Shown in pieces: positions 13,769-26,615 of a stretch of DNA of 64,000 nucleotides. Origin of the DNA: Octopus bimaculoides (lineage: Eukaryota). A program made the position numbers and the translations under genes. The notes beneath the pieces are model-generated. The model saw only the letters and a program-made list of their open reading frames with translations. It did no database searches and was not told the DNA's origin. Location of the stretch: the NCBI RefSeq assembly GCF_001194135.2, contig NC_068989.1, forward strand, positions 60,668,322 to 60,732,321, given 5' to 3'. Numbering within the stretch: the stretch's first letter is position 1; each line of letters begins with the position of its first letter.

Positions 13769-15004
13769 GTCCACTGCGATTTACTATACTATTAAGTAAA
13801 TGACTCACCTGAAGTTCGGGATAAGCAGCAGCAGTTATGTAATGTGCTATTGTGGAATGGAAAGAATGCAAACTCATTTCTGATTATAAAATAAATGCAA
13901 GGGTGAAGGCAGAAATGGTGGTTTGGGTTTGAGAATGACATATAAACAGATTAGATATAATGTGAAAATACAATTCGATACTGAACCGTAGGGGAAACCC
14001 ATTTTCTAATACCTCAAGACAACCTTATAGATGGTCACTCACTTTACTAGAAATGTCAGTCTGATAATCCCTATATTATATTTTACCGTCTTAAATAAGC
14101 AATTTTACATTAGCTAATCTAATCCTACAAACGGATAGAAGTATGTAGTGCTGAATGGAGGAATATCCACTCTCTGAATGAGACGTGTTAGCCACGGCTG
14201 GAATGATTTGATCATTTATGTGCTCGATCAAGATTGAGTTTGTAGTGAAGTACTGAAGCAGAAGAACAACAACGCTTAAGATATTTGATAGAATAATTGA
14301 AGCAGACAGATCACATCAATTGAACGGACTGTAACATAATTAAGCAAAGCAGCATCGATGTAGTTTATAGGCTCAGCATTAATTGGAATTGCTGCTTAAT
14401 GCATTGAATATTTCTTGAAATAAATACTCCGCTAGCACATCATTCACTTTCGCCATTTAATTATTTCATAAAAACACAACTAAAAATAAGAATGAAAATA
14501 AAATCTATCCTCTATGAAAAAAAAAAAAAAAGCATATGCTTGAAATTATAAGATTTAATTAATGTAGGTAACAACACAAAATTAAATAAAGCTTCTGAAA
14601 ACTTTATGGCATTCCTTTCATCAAAACCTTGACACAGAAAGTAAAACTACCAATACATCGGGGCAAATACAGATCATGGATGTAATAATTAGCTTGCTAG
14701 AAGTAGCAGCTAATTCTCACCTTACTATGATACTATCGTCTTAGAATTAAGAGAAAGGGTATGACGAATATACCTCTCTCAGTGTTCAACATGTACTTAT
14801 TTTATCGACCCCGAAAGGATGAAAGGCAAAGTTGACCTCCCTAATGCTGTACCGTATACCCTGGTGCAGTACACATTATGATGCCCTGATGCAGTGCCAC
14901 ATGTCCTGATGCAGTACGAAGCAGTCGCTCTCATGACTTTTGATCTTAACTCATTGAAAGTGTTATCATGTCCATTGTTTTGTCTTGGGCTAAAGCAAAT
15001 ATTC

Positions 15005-15180
15005 TACATTGTTTACATTATTTACATTTGACGGATATTTGCCTTCATCTTGTTTGTTGTTAACACAACGTTTCGGCAGATATAGCCTCGAGACTTCATC
15101 AGGTGTCTTGGGGAAATTTCGAACCTGGGTTCTCATTCCTAAGGTATTATTTGATGTTGTTGTTGTTATTATTATTATTA
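15005..15180 (-). mobile_element. Penelope-like element terminal (pseudo-LTR) fragment carrying a minimal hammerhead motif
   Basis: The minus strand reads …GAAATTTCCCCAAGACAC-CTGATGA-A…GCC-GAAAC-GTT-GTGTTAACAAC…. Minimal hammerheads are an established hallmark of PLE pseudo-LTRs. The assignment to a PLE rests on that association and on my recollection of the family. Confidence 0.6.
15062..15107 (-). ncRNA. Minimal type-I hammerhead ribozyme motif (core intact, stem II degraded)
   Basis: Stem I is GACAC/GUGUU. Core CUGAUGA is followed by an extra A, then GAAA. Stem III is the palindromic ACGU, and the cleavage triplet is GUU. Stem II (GUCUC…CUGCC) has mismatches. Confidence 0.6.
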
Positions 15181-15650
15181 ATAATAATGCGTATTATTAT
15201 TATTAATATTAATGCGTAGTTCATATTTTGATAACAGAATTACTTGACACTGTATTATTCATTGAGAAGCAAACAAAGAAAGATAAAAGAAGTAATTACT
15301 GTCTGGATAGAATTACTGATGGAGGAATGTAGAATACAATTTAGGTCGGGAGCTGTCAAGTTGAAACAGGTTACGACTTGATAGTTTTTTTGAACAGTTG
15401 CTATATAATTAATATTATTAGTAGCAATCTGTCGTTTGATCGTCTTTCTATCCTTGTTGAAAGAATATTTTTACTATAGCAAATAAAATATTACATTTTT
15501 TTTTTACTGCAATATAAAAGTTCCTAGTGCCAATAAAAATCTCGATATTTGTTCCTACTAGAAAGAGTTCGTTAGTTGCTTTGAGATTTGACAAATCCGA
15601 TATCAATTTCCCATAAGCACGCTTCCTCAAACACAATCACAGTAACACAG

Positions 15651-15691
<41 letters not shown>

Positions 15692-16658
15692 AGGATAATT
15701 TCTACAATGATTTCTCAAGGTGTTTACTTAACTGTGACCGTTTAGACAGCCATCATCGTACATGGCTTTAGCAAACATTTAATCCGATGGGAGAGATAAC
15801 CATTAAAAGGTTAAATATCTATGACTTAACTGATTTTATAGATAGTCATATGACATTGGTCGATAGACGCCATTTTATCATTGTTGCTTGTTTACCGACT
15901 ACACGACATTCAAGCTACAACTGCTTTCAAACATGGTACTCTCATGCTCTCTCTTTGTCCCTCTTCTCATAGACAGAAAAGCAAGCAAACACAAACTCAC
16001 CCCCGCACACATATTATTTATATAATTATGAGTATTATTATAAAGGATAATAACTGTTTCCAGAGAATTCTATCGTGTGAAAATGTCTTATCGTAGTCAA
16101 TAATTTCAGTTTTAACTACAAAGATATTCATATGCCGATTTCCGATATATATTCTTTGAGTTGTAGGCCTTAGTTTCAAGTTCTCTTTCATACGTAGAAG
16201 TAACCCATCCTTGTGATGCAGAACAGATATCAATTCACAACCATATTGCATTGTCATTCTCAATAGTATAAATGGATTTGTTGAAAATCACGGCAAGAAT
16301 GTTTTAGTTAAATATTTTAGGTTATATAAACATATGGACAAATACCACTATATTAAACACCTTACAGCAAAAACACTTGATTTATGAAAACTATCTTCGT
16401 CTTTGGTGGATGTTCATGGCTATGAAAAAGCAATAACGACCCGCTCTGCTTTTTGAGAAACTCTTGATTGCTGATATTATTTCCCCTTCTGAAGTGAATA
16501 TGTTTAAAATTGCCTTTGGTAATTTGAATACGTCTTCTAGAGTCGGAGATAATTTTAATGAAGCAAAAACGCTTGGTATAATATAAGTAACATTCTGGGT
16601 TTTTCTATGTCATTCGAAAACAGGACACTAGCTACTTTGTACTAATTCTCTTAGTTCA

Positions 16659-16861
<203 letters not shown>

Positions 16862-17602
16862 NNNNNNNNNNNNNNNNNNNNNNNNNNNNNNNNNNNNNNN
16901 NNNNNNNNNNNNNNNNNNNNNNNNNNNNNNNNNNNNNNNNNNNNNNNNNNNNNNNNNNNNNNNNNNNNNNNNNNNNNNNNNNNNNNNNNNNNNNNNNNNN
17001 NNNNNNNNNNNNNNNNNNNNNNNNNNNNNNNNNNNNNNNNNNNNNNNNNNNNNNNNNNNNNNNNNNNNNNNNNNNNNNNNNNNNNNNNNNNNNNNNNNNN
17101 NNNNNNNNNNNNNNNNNNNNNNNNNNNNNNNNNNNNNNNNNNNNNNNNNNNNNNNNNNNNNNNNNNNNNNNNNNNNNNNNNNNNNNNNNNNNNNNNNNNN
17201 NNNNNNNNNNNNNNNNNNNNNNNNNNNNNNNNNNNNNNNNNNNNNNNNNNNNNNNNNNNNNNNNNNNNNNNNNNNNNNNNNNNNNNNNNNNNNNNNNNNN
17301 NNNNNNNNNNNNNNNNNNNNNNNNNNNNNNNNNNNNNNNNNNNNNNNNNNNNNNNNNNNNNNNNNNNNNNNNNNNNNNNNNNNNNNNNNNNNNNNNNNNN
17401 NNNNNNNNNNNNNNNNNNNNNNNNNNNNNNNNNNNNNNNNNNNNNNNNNNNNNNNNNNNNNNNNNNNNNNNNNNNNNNNNNNNNNNNNNNNNNNNNNNNN
17501 NNNNNNNNNNNNNNNNNNNNNNNNNNNNNNNNNNNNNNNNNNNNNNNNNNNNNNNNNNNNNNNNNNNNNNNNNNNNNNNNNNNNNNNNNNNNNNNNNNNN
17601 NN
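16862..17602. other. Assembly gap (largest of about 17)
   Basis: N-run. Others include 6336-6561, 13028-13127, 23990-24450, 32462-32571, 33440-34144, 37276-37405, 43162-43650, 53698-53786, 56701-57120 and 58487-58946, plus several 10-N spacers. Nearly all abut microsatellites, as is typical of a short-read assembly. Confidence 0.99.
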
Positions 17603-20327
17603 AAAGAAAACAAAAAGGCAAAAGAGAGTCACTTACTGTTATAGTTTCTTCAATGAGAATATTGACCAAGGTTACCGTGGTCTTTTCCGTAGGCTTTTCT
17701 TTCCACGGCCAAACCTAAACTGTCCTCCCCTCCTTTTACACGAGAACATTACTGTGTGATACACTACCCCCTTTTCCTTCCTAAGATCCCTTTTGATCGA
17801 CCCCGCCTTTTTTTTTCTTCCCCCTCCCAAAAAGAAAAGCTCTACATTGTATTTGTCCCATCTTCGTTGAGCCCTGTGTGGCTAATAAAAGAAATGTATC
17901 TATCTATCTCTCTATCTATCAATCTATCTATCTATCAATCTATCTATCACAATTTCAAAAGTCAACAGTACTTGCCTTATAACTAGTAAATTAGTTACCT
18001 TATGTAATGTTAAGTATCTCGATGAATATATCAATATCTTTGTTTTCTACATGCATATGAATTTGTATAATTTATGTGTAGTGAGTAACTATTTTAGAAA
18101 ATATACTGAATATAAACATATAGTTTAGAATACATAGATTTGGTTGTTTATATGCGTGTATTTGCGAACTGAAGTGTTATTATTTAATTTGAATTCAGTT
18201 ATTTTGGAGAATTTATCACAATCATATTATGTATTAAGTATCTAAATTTGGATGGGTAACAAATAACCAACATGTGAGACGACTGTCAGTAGCATACATT
18301 ATTCTCAATCTCGAAGTGTACCCGTTTTTGAGAACGCGTTGTATATCCCATTGCTTTATTCAGACATATCCATTGTAGAATTATTGAACATTAGTCAGAT
18401 TACAGAGATGAGTTCAATGCTTATGATATGAAAAGCAAAATTTCTCATACTTTACGCAAGAGCAACAGTGATTCAGAAAATAGTTTGGTTTATAATTGAG
18501 TAAAAGGTCTTTCGCAGTAACATACACGCTCTTTTATCAAACGAGATGTAAGGAGTGAATACATTACACTATTATTTCATCACTTTAATATATTCTAAAG
18601 CATGTTGTCATACAAGAAACAGATGATGAGCACTCCAGTGTCGTTCAATTTTATTACAAGTAATTGATTAATGTGTGAATAGTGAGAAGCCAATTGTAGC
18701 GACAGAACTGTGAGTCATGCATATCAAATCAATAGCTAAAAACATCGATAAAAAAATTGTACCATCCCTGTAAACGCAGGAATCATTCAGCGTTAACTTT
18801 TACATTTAATCATTAAGGGAGAAGCTTTTACTACGAGCCATATTTGTTGCAGGTAATACAGCTTTTTCTATGCAAACAATCAAAAATACACAACACATAC
18901 CTATTTAATGACAAAAAAAAATCCATATAAATTTCAGGTAACAGCGAATGATAATGCATTCATGATGTATAGTGTCACACACAAGCATTATAAACGATCA
19001 TATGTATATATTAACAGAGGTACAACATCTCGATTACAATACAAAATTCAATAATACGATTTGGTGAAAAAGCTATATGTTTTAGTTTTTATGTAAGTAT
19101 TAGGCGGTATCTACTTATCATATTGAAGGTTATAAAAAAAATAAAAGACTAATTATGCATTAGTCTCAGGAAAGTTAAAAGCCGTATATTTCATTTGCAG
19201 ATACAATTTTGATATATTTTCCGCATAAATATCTACGCATTTACACATTTTCATCATATAAACGAGTAACTAAGAATGTAGGCTGTTTGAAAATTCAAAC
19301 TGGAATATTTTTCCTTAATAATTATATTGTTATCTATTAATCTGATGCTAAAATATTAAAGATCTTGACTGCTACATTAACATTCTCTTTCTAAATGAAT
19401 GCCGTTGTAATATATTTTACGCAAAAGATATTAGCAATTAGGTACTGTATCTGCAACGAGTGATAAACGAATAGAATAAAAAGATTTGTGTTCGCTTTTA
19501 GTCATCAAAATCTGATACATCTTAACAAAAGGTGTATAACAAATATTATCTAAACTGTTAAGTAAAGGTTTTAAATGTTCATTAGAAAACGTTTTAGCAT
19601 TGAATATCCTGAAGGTCCTACATAGACAATAATGCTACTTCTAGGTCTTGTATTTTGAAGTATTGTTATATGTAGATATTGTTTTGAGGGCCCTGAGATT
19701 TTTAAATTACAGACAAAACTAAAAACAATATATAGAAACATCTATGGTAATGAAAGCGTATGCTTGTTTGAAATGGGAATTTCAAAGTATTACTTCAAAC
19801 TTTCTTTCAAAATTAAGCAGCATTACATCTCATTTGTGATTCAGAAAATTCCTGAAGTACACTATCAATATTACAAATTACTGTTTAACGCCATTGTTCA
19901 TTTGACATTAAGTAGTAAAATATTAGGTTAATCTATGGACAGAAAGTCTTACAATATGAAACATTATTATAGTTCCATTCCATCCGTATGTTTCATGTAA
20001 TATTACTATTTTTGGATATTTAAAACTTACAAATGAAACGTACGATTGCTTCATTTTGATAAAACAGTGTTTTCGTATTCTTTTATTTTTAAATAATTGG
20101 TCTTCTTTTCTTTGGTCAGACTATAACCATTTAGTGTCTGAAGGTAAATGTAATGTTTATGTATATTTATTAAGTATATTATTTTATTCCAGTCATAAAG
20201 AATGCCATTGTGCGACAAAGAAGCAACGCCTTCAATTGTTTGGTCAACAATAACGAACCAATATTCGCTTAAGTCTACTAATTATGATAATTTTTATGAC
20301 GATTTCTGTCGAACCATATAGTAGTGT

Positions 20328-20547
20328 TATTTCTTTACTACCCACAGAGAGGGTACATACAAGGACAGACAAAGAGATTAAGTCGATTACATCGACCTCA
20401 GTGCGTAACTGGTACTTATTTAATCGACCCCGAAAGGATGAAAGGCAAAGTCGGCTTCGGCGGAATTTGAACTCAGAACGTAGCGGCAGACAAAATACCG
20501 CTAAGCATTTTGCCCGGCGTGCTAACATGTCTGCCAGCTCGCTGCCT
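20328..20547 (-). mobile_element. SINE family B, full-length, with 11-bp target-site duplication
   Basis: The minus strand begins AGGCAGCGAGCTGGCAGACATGTTAGC (A-box-like) and contains GAGTTCAAATTCC (B box). Identical TATAGTAGTGT flanks it at 20317-20327 and 20548-20558. Confidence 0.92.
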
Positions 20548-21059
20548 TATAGTAGTGTGACACATACACAATCCTAGGCACACACATATATTGTTTTGTC
20601 ATGGTTCAGTGCGGTTCAATCGAAGAAAAGTTCTTTCTGATTTATTTTTCAACACTTGATAAAATGTTGAGTTTCATACCGTTATACCGTTTTGCTGTTT
20701 ATTTAAGAACGAACACTATAATCTTTTTAAATTCTTTACGATCTCTGGGAAAATTCATGAACTTTCAAACGTCCGTAGAGACAATTCTGAAATTAAATGC
20801 ATGTAACTGGGCACAAGAAGATAAAAGCATGTGATATATATTGAAGCAAATACATGCGTATATTTATTGTAAGTATTAAAAGATAGGAAAGAAAAATCAT
20901 TGACCTGAAATTAATGCTTATATAGAAAGCCACTCTAGAAATTTCAGATAAAATTTGCTTCAACTTACCTCTAGGTAATCTGTAATCGTATTCGCATTAT
21001 TATTTTATATATGTTTAACTAAATTATAATAACAGTTTCATTTTTTGACTTAAGTCAGG

Positions 21060-21247
21060 AATTTTTAGGGAAGGATTAGGTCGATTACATCGACATCATT
21101 ACTTGACGTGTATTTTAATTCATCAGCTCCAAAGGATGAAAGGCAAAATTGGACTCGGCGGGAATTGAATTGAACATAATGAGTCGGATGAAATGCTGCT
21201 GATAATTTCAGCCGACAAACTAATGATTCTTCCAGCTCACCGCCTTG
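21060..21247 (-). mobile_element. SINE family B copy
   Basis: GTCGATTACATCGAC..AAAGGATGAAAGGCAAA..CCAGCTCACCGCCTT aligns to 20328-20547. Confidence 0.85.
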
Positions 21248-21271
21248 ATGATGATGATGTTGATGATGATG

Positions 21272-21310
<39 letters not shown>

Positions 21311-21312
<2 letters not shown>

Positions 21313-21524
21313 TTCTACTATAGGAACATGGTCTGAATTTTGGTGGGGAGGGGGGGAATCGATCACATTGATCCCAGTACTTGACTGGTACTTAATTTAA
21401 CTACCTCGAAAAGACGAAAGCAAAGTCAACCTCAACGGAATTTGAACTCAGAACATTGCAACAGACGAAATACCGCCGAGTATTTCGCCCTGAATGCTAA
21501 CGATTCTGCCAGCTCACCGCCTTA
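21311..21524 (-). mobile_element. SINE family B copy (alternative 3' tail)
   Basis: TTTCTACTATAGGAACATGGTCTGAA..GGAATTTGAACTCAGAAC..CTAACGATTCTGCCAGCTCACCGCCTT, with its tail in (AAT)n. Confidence 0.88.
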
Positions 21525-23004
21525 AGAATAATGATAATAAAATACTACTACTACTACCACTACTACTACTACTACTAATAATAATAATAATGATAATAAT
21601 AGTAACAGTAATGATATTGATAATAATGATAGCGGTAAAAATATTTTTTATCACCTTTTGCATTGAAAAGTTCCCCACCCAAAATTTTATTGATATATTA
21701 TGCAATAAACGTAATAATTGCGATACTTAGCAGTTCAGCTAAATCAGGATGCGGAGTTATGTGAATATTTCCGGAGTAATGTGAAATCAAGTTCGGGTTA
21801 CTACGGGGTAATATAAACTTGACTTCAGATTACCGGAATGTAATTTGAAATGAAGTTAGCGTCAATATTTTACATCGAAGAAGTATGGCAATTTATAAGT
21901 GAAAAGATATAAAGTAAACGAAAATATCGAGATAACAATGTATCTGAACGTAAATACCCCCCCCCCCCACACACACACACAAACACTCACATAAACACAC
22001 ACACACATATCCATCCATATAGTAGAAATACCAACATATTCAGAGAATAGATTGAGCGAGAGAAAGGAAAGGCAGGGTAGTAGGAAGGAGAGAGGAAGAG
22101 GAAGGGCCAAAATGGATAGTCACGACTGGAAAGCTCTTGATCTTTGGTATGCTTCATCACCGTTCACTTGCGGCTAAACAACATTGACAATAACACAAAA
22201 CCCAGAGTTGATTAAATAAAATATAAATTTTATGATTTATAAATCAAATCATTAATTCTGTTTCTTTAAAAAAATTGTTTATGCAGAACAAAAATATAAT
22301 AATGTACAGTTCTACTTCGATTTATTTATTTATTTTTTAGATCATACTGACAGCATACATTTTCAATGATGCCGATTCTAATTGTTGTAGCATTCTTCCT
22401 GAATTTCTGCAAATTATGATTTTAGGCCTTAAAAGCTCTGAAATTCACCTTTGACGTAATGGTCTGCTATATCTGAACAAACGACTTACAGTAAAGATTT
22501 GAATAAAGGTTATAAATATGATTATAGTTACATCCCTGAAAATATATTTCGAATTGTTCAAATATTCTTCTCCTATGTTTTATTATATTTTTTGTAATGG
22601 TTTTGTACTTGAAAGTTATAAAACTGTTTCTATTAGCATTTTTTTTTTGCAGGAAACGAACTGATATTATCATAATGTTATATAAAGAATACTGGGACTG
22701 CATGGACTTTTCTAAAGGGAGAACATTTTTATCTTATATTTGTTCCTTCTACTATTATCTAGTAACTTAGTGTAACATCTTGGAATAGTTTAGAAAATAT
22801 TAATTCAAATATTTGGCAGCGATACTTCCCAATACATTATACCAACTCTAGAAAGCTTTTGTTTAAATTTTCCTTCTGCACATATCTTTGATAACAAACG
22901 GAGCGAAATAAAACATCGTGATTCATCTGAAAAAGTTTAGAAGTGCTTTCTTTTGTTGTACAATTAAAGAAATCGTTTCTATCAGTGTCGGTTTAAAATT
23001 TTGA

Positions 23005-23170
23005 TACAAGAATTGCAATTTCATGGAGAGGGGTTTAGTTGATAATAATGACCCCAATACTTAACTGGTACTAATTATTATCGACCCTGAAAGAAAAAAA
23101 AGGGAAAGTCGGCCTTGGCTGAACTTGGCTGAACCCGATGCAATGAAGATTTTGCCAGCTCATCTCCTTG
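23005..23170 (-). mobile_element. SINE family B copy (decayed)
   Basis: ACTGGTACTAATTATTATCGACCCTGAAAG..AAAGTCGGCC..GCCAGCTCA. Confidence 0.7.
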
Positions 23171-23921
23171 TTGCTTTCTATCAGTAATATTGGTTTATCG
23201 ATGACAAGATTTTGCGGATAATATCACAAATCTATTTGTGTTTCTAAACACCTCTCTTATCTCCTTCCTATTAATTTTTTTTTATTAAAGATGTGACGGT
23301 CTACTTGCTGTTTCTTTTTCATCTCTTGAACTATTATTATTTCTTTTAGGTGGTCCAGACTTTACATTTTTTTCGATATTGATTTTGATAGATCTTTTTA
23401 TTTTGATAGAATAATTTACGTTTAGTAGTAATGAGCCGTCTAGTGTACATCTGGTAAGGTCTCTTTTGGTAAACTTTAATTTCAGATATTCATCAAGGGG
23501 GAAGGAACTCTAATCATCCTTGTATGTAACGAAAAATTTTATTCTTTTAATGGGAGCGAACGACATTGATCTACCAGTATCTATTTACATAAAAAAAATA
23601 CGACCATATAGAAAATAATACACCTTTAAAAAATACTTTCTCACAAAACGAAAGAAAGACACTGTAATGCTACTGCTGGGAAAGGTAATATTGTTATAAA
23701 ATAGTAATTGCGTACAGAATATAAAGAAAAAATCTTTACTATTATCAAAGAAAACAAGTTGCATGAATATAATAAAATACGCATAAAAATAACATTTCCC
23801 ATTCCTGGAGCAATATTTCTCATCTTTATCGGAAAAACATGTTTTAAATTAATATCTTCCAAACATCCCGTACTTACAGACGGGTCTTTCTGTCTGTGTG
23901 CATGTACGTACATACATACAC

Positions 23922-23952
<31 letters not shown>

Positions 23953-23954
23953 TG

Positions 23955-23989
<35 letters not shown>

Positions 23990-24450
23990 NNNNNNNNNNN
24001 NNNNNNNNNNNNNNNNNNNNNNNNNNNNNNNNNNNNNNNNNNNNNNNNNNNNNNNNNNNNNNNNNNNNNNNNNNNNNNNNNNNNNNNNNNNNNNNNNNNN
24101 NNNNNNNNNNNNNNNNNNNNNNNNNNNNNNNNNNNNNNNNNNNNNNNNNNNNNNNNNNNNNNNNNNNNNNNNNNNNNNNNNNNNNNNNNNNNNNNNNNNN
24201 NNNNNNNNNNNNNNNNNNNNNNNNNNNNNNNNNNNNNNNNNNNNNNNNNNNNNNNNNNNNNNNNNNNNNNNNNNNNNNNNNNNNNNNNNNNNNNNNNNNN
24301 NNNNNNNNNNNNNNNNNNNNNNNNNNNNNNNNNNNNNNNNNNNNNNNNNNNNNNNNNNNNNNNNNNNNNNNNNNNNNNNNNNNNNNNNNNNNNNNNNNNN
24401 NNNNNNNNNNNNNNNNNNNNNNNNNNNNNNNNNNNNNNNNNNNNNNNNNN

Positions 24451-25175
24451 ATATATATATATATATATACGGCAAATACGAAAAAGAAGAGGATATAAAA
24501 CGACATACATCATCCGGTAGACATTCCAGTGTGTCTATTTATTCCAAAGCATTAGAAAGTATTAGAAGAAAATATACACATGTAGTAACTATGTGTTACA
24601 CGCGCATGTATTAATATTACAGAAAAGAGCAGAAGATCAGTTCCATACGGCCATTTCTGCCAAGAGGCAATGAAATCCTCCATGCCATCTCTATCTCTTC
24701 AGTGCTCTGTAGTGATGGGCAGATAAAGCTTGGATGATGATTGTGCTTCTAGGCTTTTTCAGAGGGTCTAAGTGGTTAGGAGGGCTAATATATATATAAT
24801 AAACAGTTAACAATAGGTACAGTGTATTTGTCATTATTAAAAAGGGCAGAAAAAGAACTGGAGCAAACATGAGGCTTTGAGAGAAGTACAGCTTATTAAA
24901 ATTAATTAGCTATAGGAAGGAGAAATAAGTTACAAACTTCCCGTGATGTATTCCAGGATCCATGTTACTTCGTAACTTATAGGTGAGTATAGTCATTGGA
25001 AGGATGCATTTAGGCAGTAGTTCGCATTCTGTTTACGTAGAAATTCACATTATGTTTACATAGAAATACAGTGGTAGATTTGAATGTATGGTCCGTGTTA
25101 CGGAGGTGAAAGTTCATATGTAAAGTGCCAGCTAGTAGTTGCAACGTTGCGGATGGTATGGCATCAGCAGCGTAC
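24451..25175 (-). mobile_element. Dispersed repeat, inverted partner of 29115-29697; probably a Penelope-type terminal region
   Basis: Reverse-complement homology to 29115-29697 over about 500 bp plus a further block of about 100 bp. The end abuts (TA)n. Confidence 0.7.
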
Positions 25176-26559
25176 GATGGTGAACCCATCATGCTATATT
25201 TTTATTATTATTATTACTCTGCTCACTTCTAGGGAGCATTTTAATTACTAGCTGCTAGTATGTATGATGAACTAGTTCCGCGTGTATTTTCTAAAGGTTC
25301 ATAAGGTTCATTAGAGAGGGGTTGTTAGCCACAGCGTATAAACCATGCACTCTAGAAACGAGTAGAATAATAATAATATAGCACGCTATCCAATAGCTTA
25401 AGTTATAACTATAAACCATTATGTACAATCGGATAATTGAGCATAATATAGTATAATATAATACATTTTACTATAGTTAAACTACCTAATACATTGTAAT
25501 CCATAGATTTCTTCACCACATATTTGATGCCCTTACCCGAAAACAAATATCTCTAATTTGCATCTGCAACTGATGCTACCTCTTCGCTTAGACCTAAATT
25601 GAGTAATATTCCAATACGGAATTAATTAATTAATTTTAGTAGCTAGAAATACTAGTGCCCCCCCCACCCCTACATAGAATTAGATAGTGGTATGTTCCTG
25701 CATCCTTAGTTATTACTGTAACTTTTGATTAAGTCCATGACAGTTGGATCGCAAAAAAACAACTGTGACCATCGCATTATATTTTCCTGAAAATCTATTT
25801 TCAATACGCTACGAAGTTATATGTTATCCTGAGTAAGAGTTGTTTGCCATATCTCTGACCTCAGAGAGACATTCGCCACCTCATTTGTTTATCTAGATCT
25901 TTACGAACATGAGATTAATTTTCCTTGAACAATGAAAGTTAGAATGCAATAATCTGACACCATTTGTAATTACTATAAGGTGCTTAATCATTACTTTCAA
26001 ACAAATAGCTACTGCCGAAAGTAAAATATTCAGTTAAAATATTTTCATAACAGGAATCAGACTCAACGATCAATGATGTACTCGGTATCACAGAAGCGAT
26101 GTAGAAAATGCAGTATATACACGAAGAAGCAATATGCACGATGCAGTGATATATGCAATAGAGTGATGTATACTAGAAAGTGATATTTATGATGAAATGA
26201 TATATAACGGGTTTAAATTACATGGTTGTGATACTTTTGATCACGAATCAGTCTTTACATTGGTATAATTAATATCGTTTGCTTCAACATTCTTAGACGT
26301 TAATTAACAGCTCTTGCCAACATATGCACATACATGTGTCTATATCTTTCTACCATTGTGTCTATCTACCGATTTACATCTTCTTATTACCCCCTCTCCC
26401 CCATTTCTACCGTGTGTGTGAGTGTGCGTGTGTATGTGTGTGTGTGCGTGTGCGCGTGCGTGTGTACTTGTGTCAGTGTGTCGTGTGTGTTCCTAAGCAC
26501 TATTTAAATTTTCTCAGCATCAAGTACTGCATGTACTGGGAACTGTTTAGATGTATACG

Positions 26560-26615
<56 letters not shown>

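Noticed and set aside
18405-18500. Protein-looking frame YRDEFNAYDMKSKISHTLRKSNSDSENSLVYN*
   Set aside because: Short, with an upstream stop, a purine-rich acceptor and no recognisable homology.
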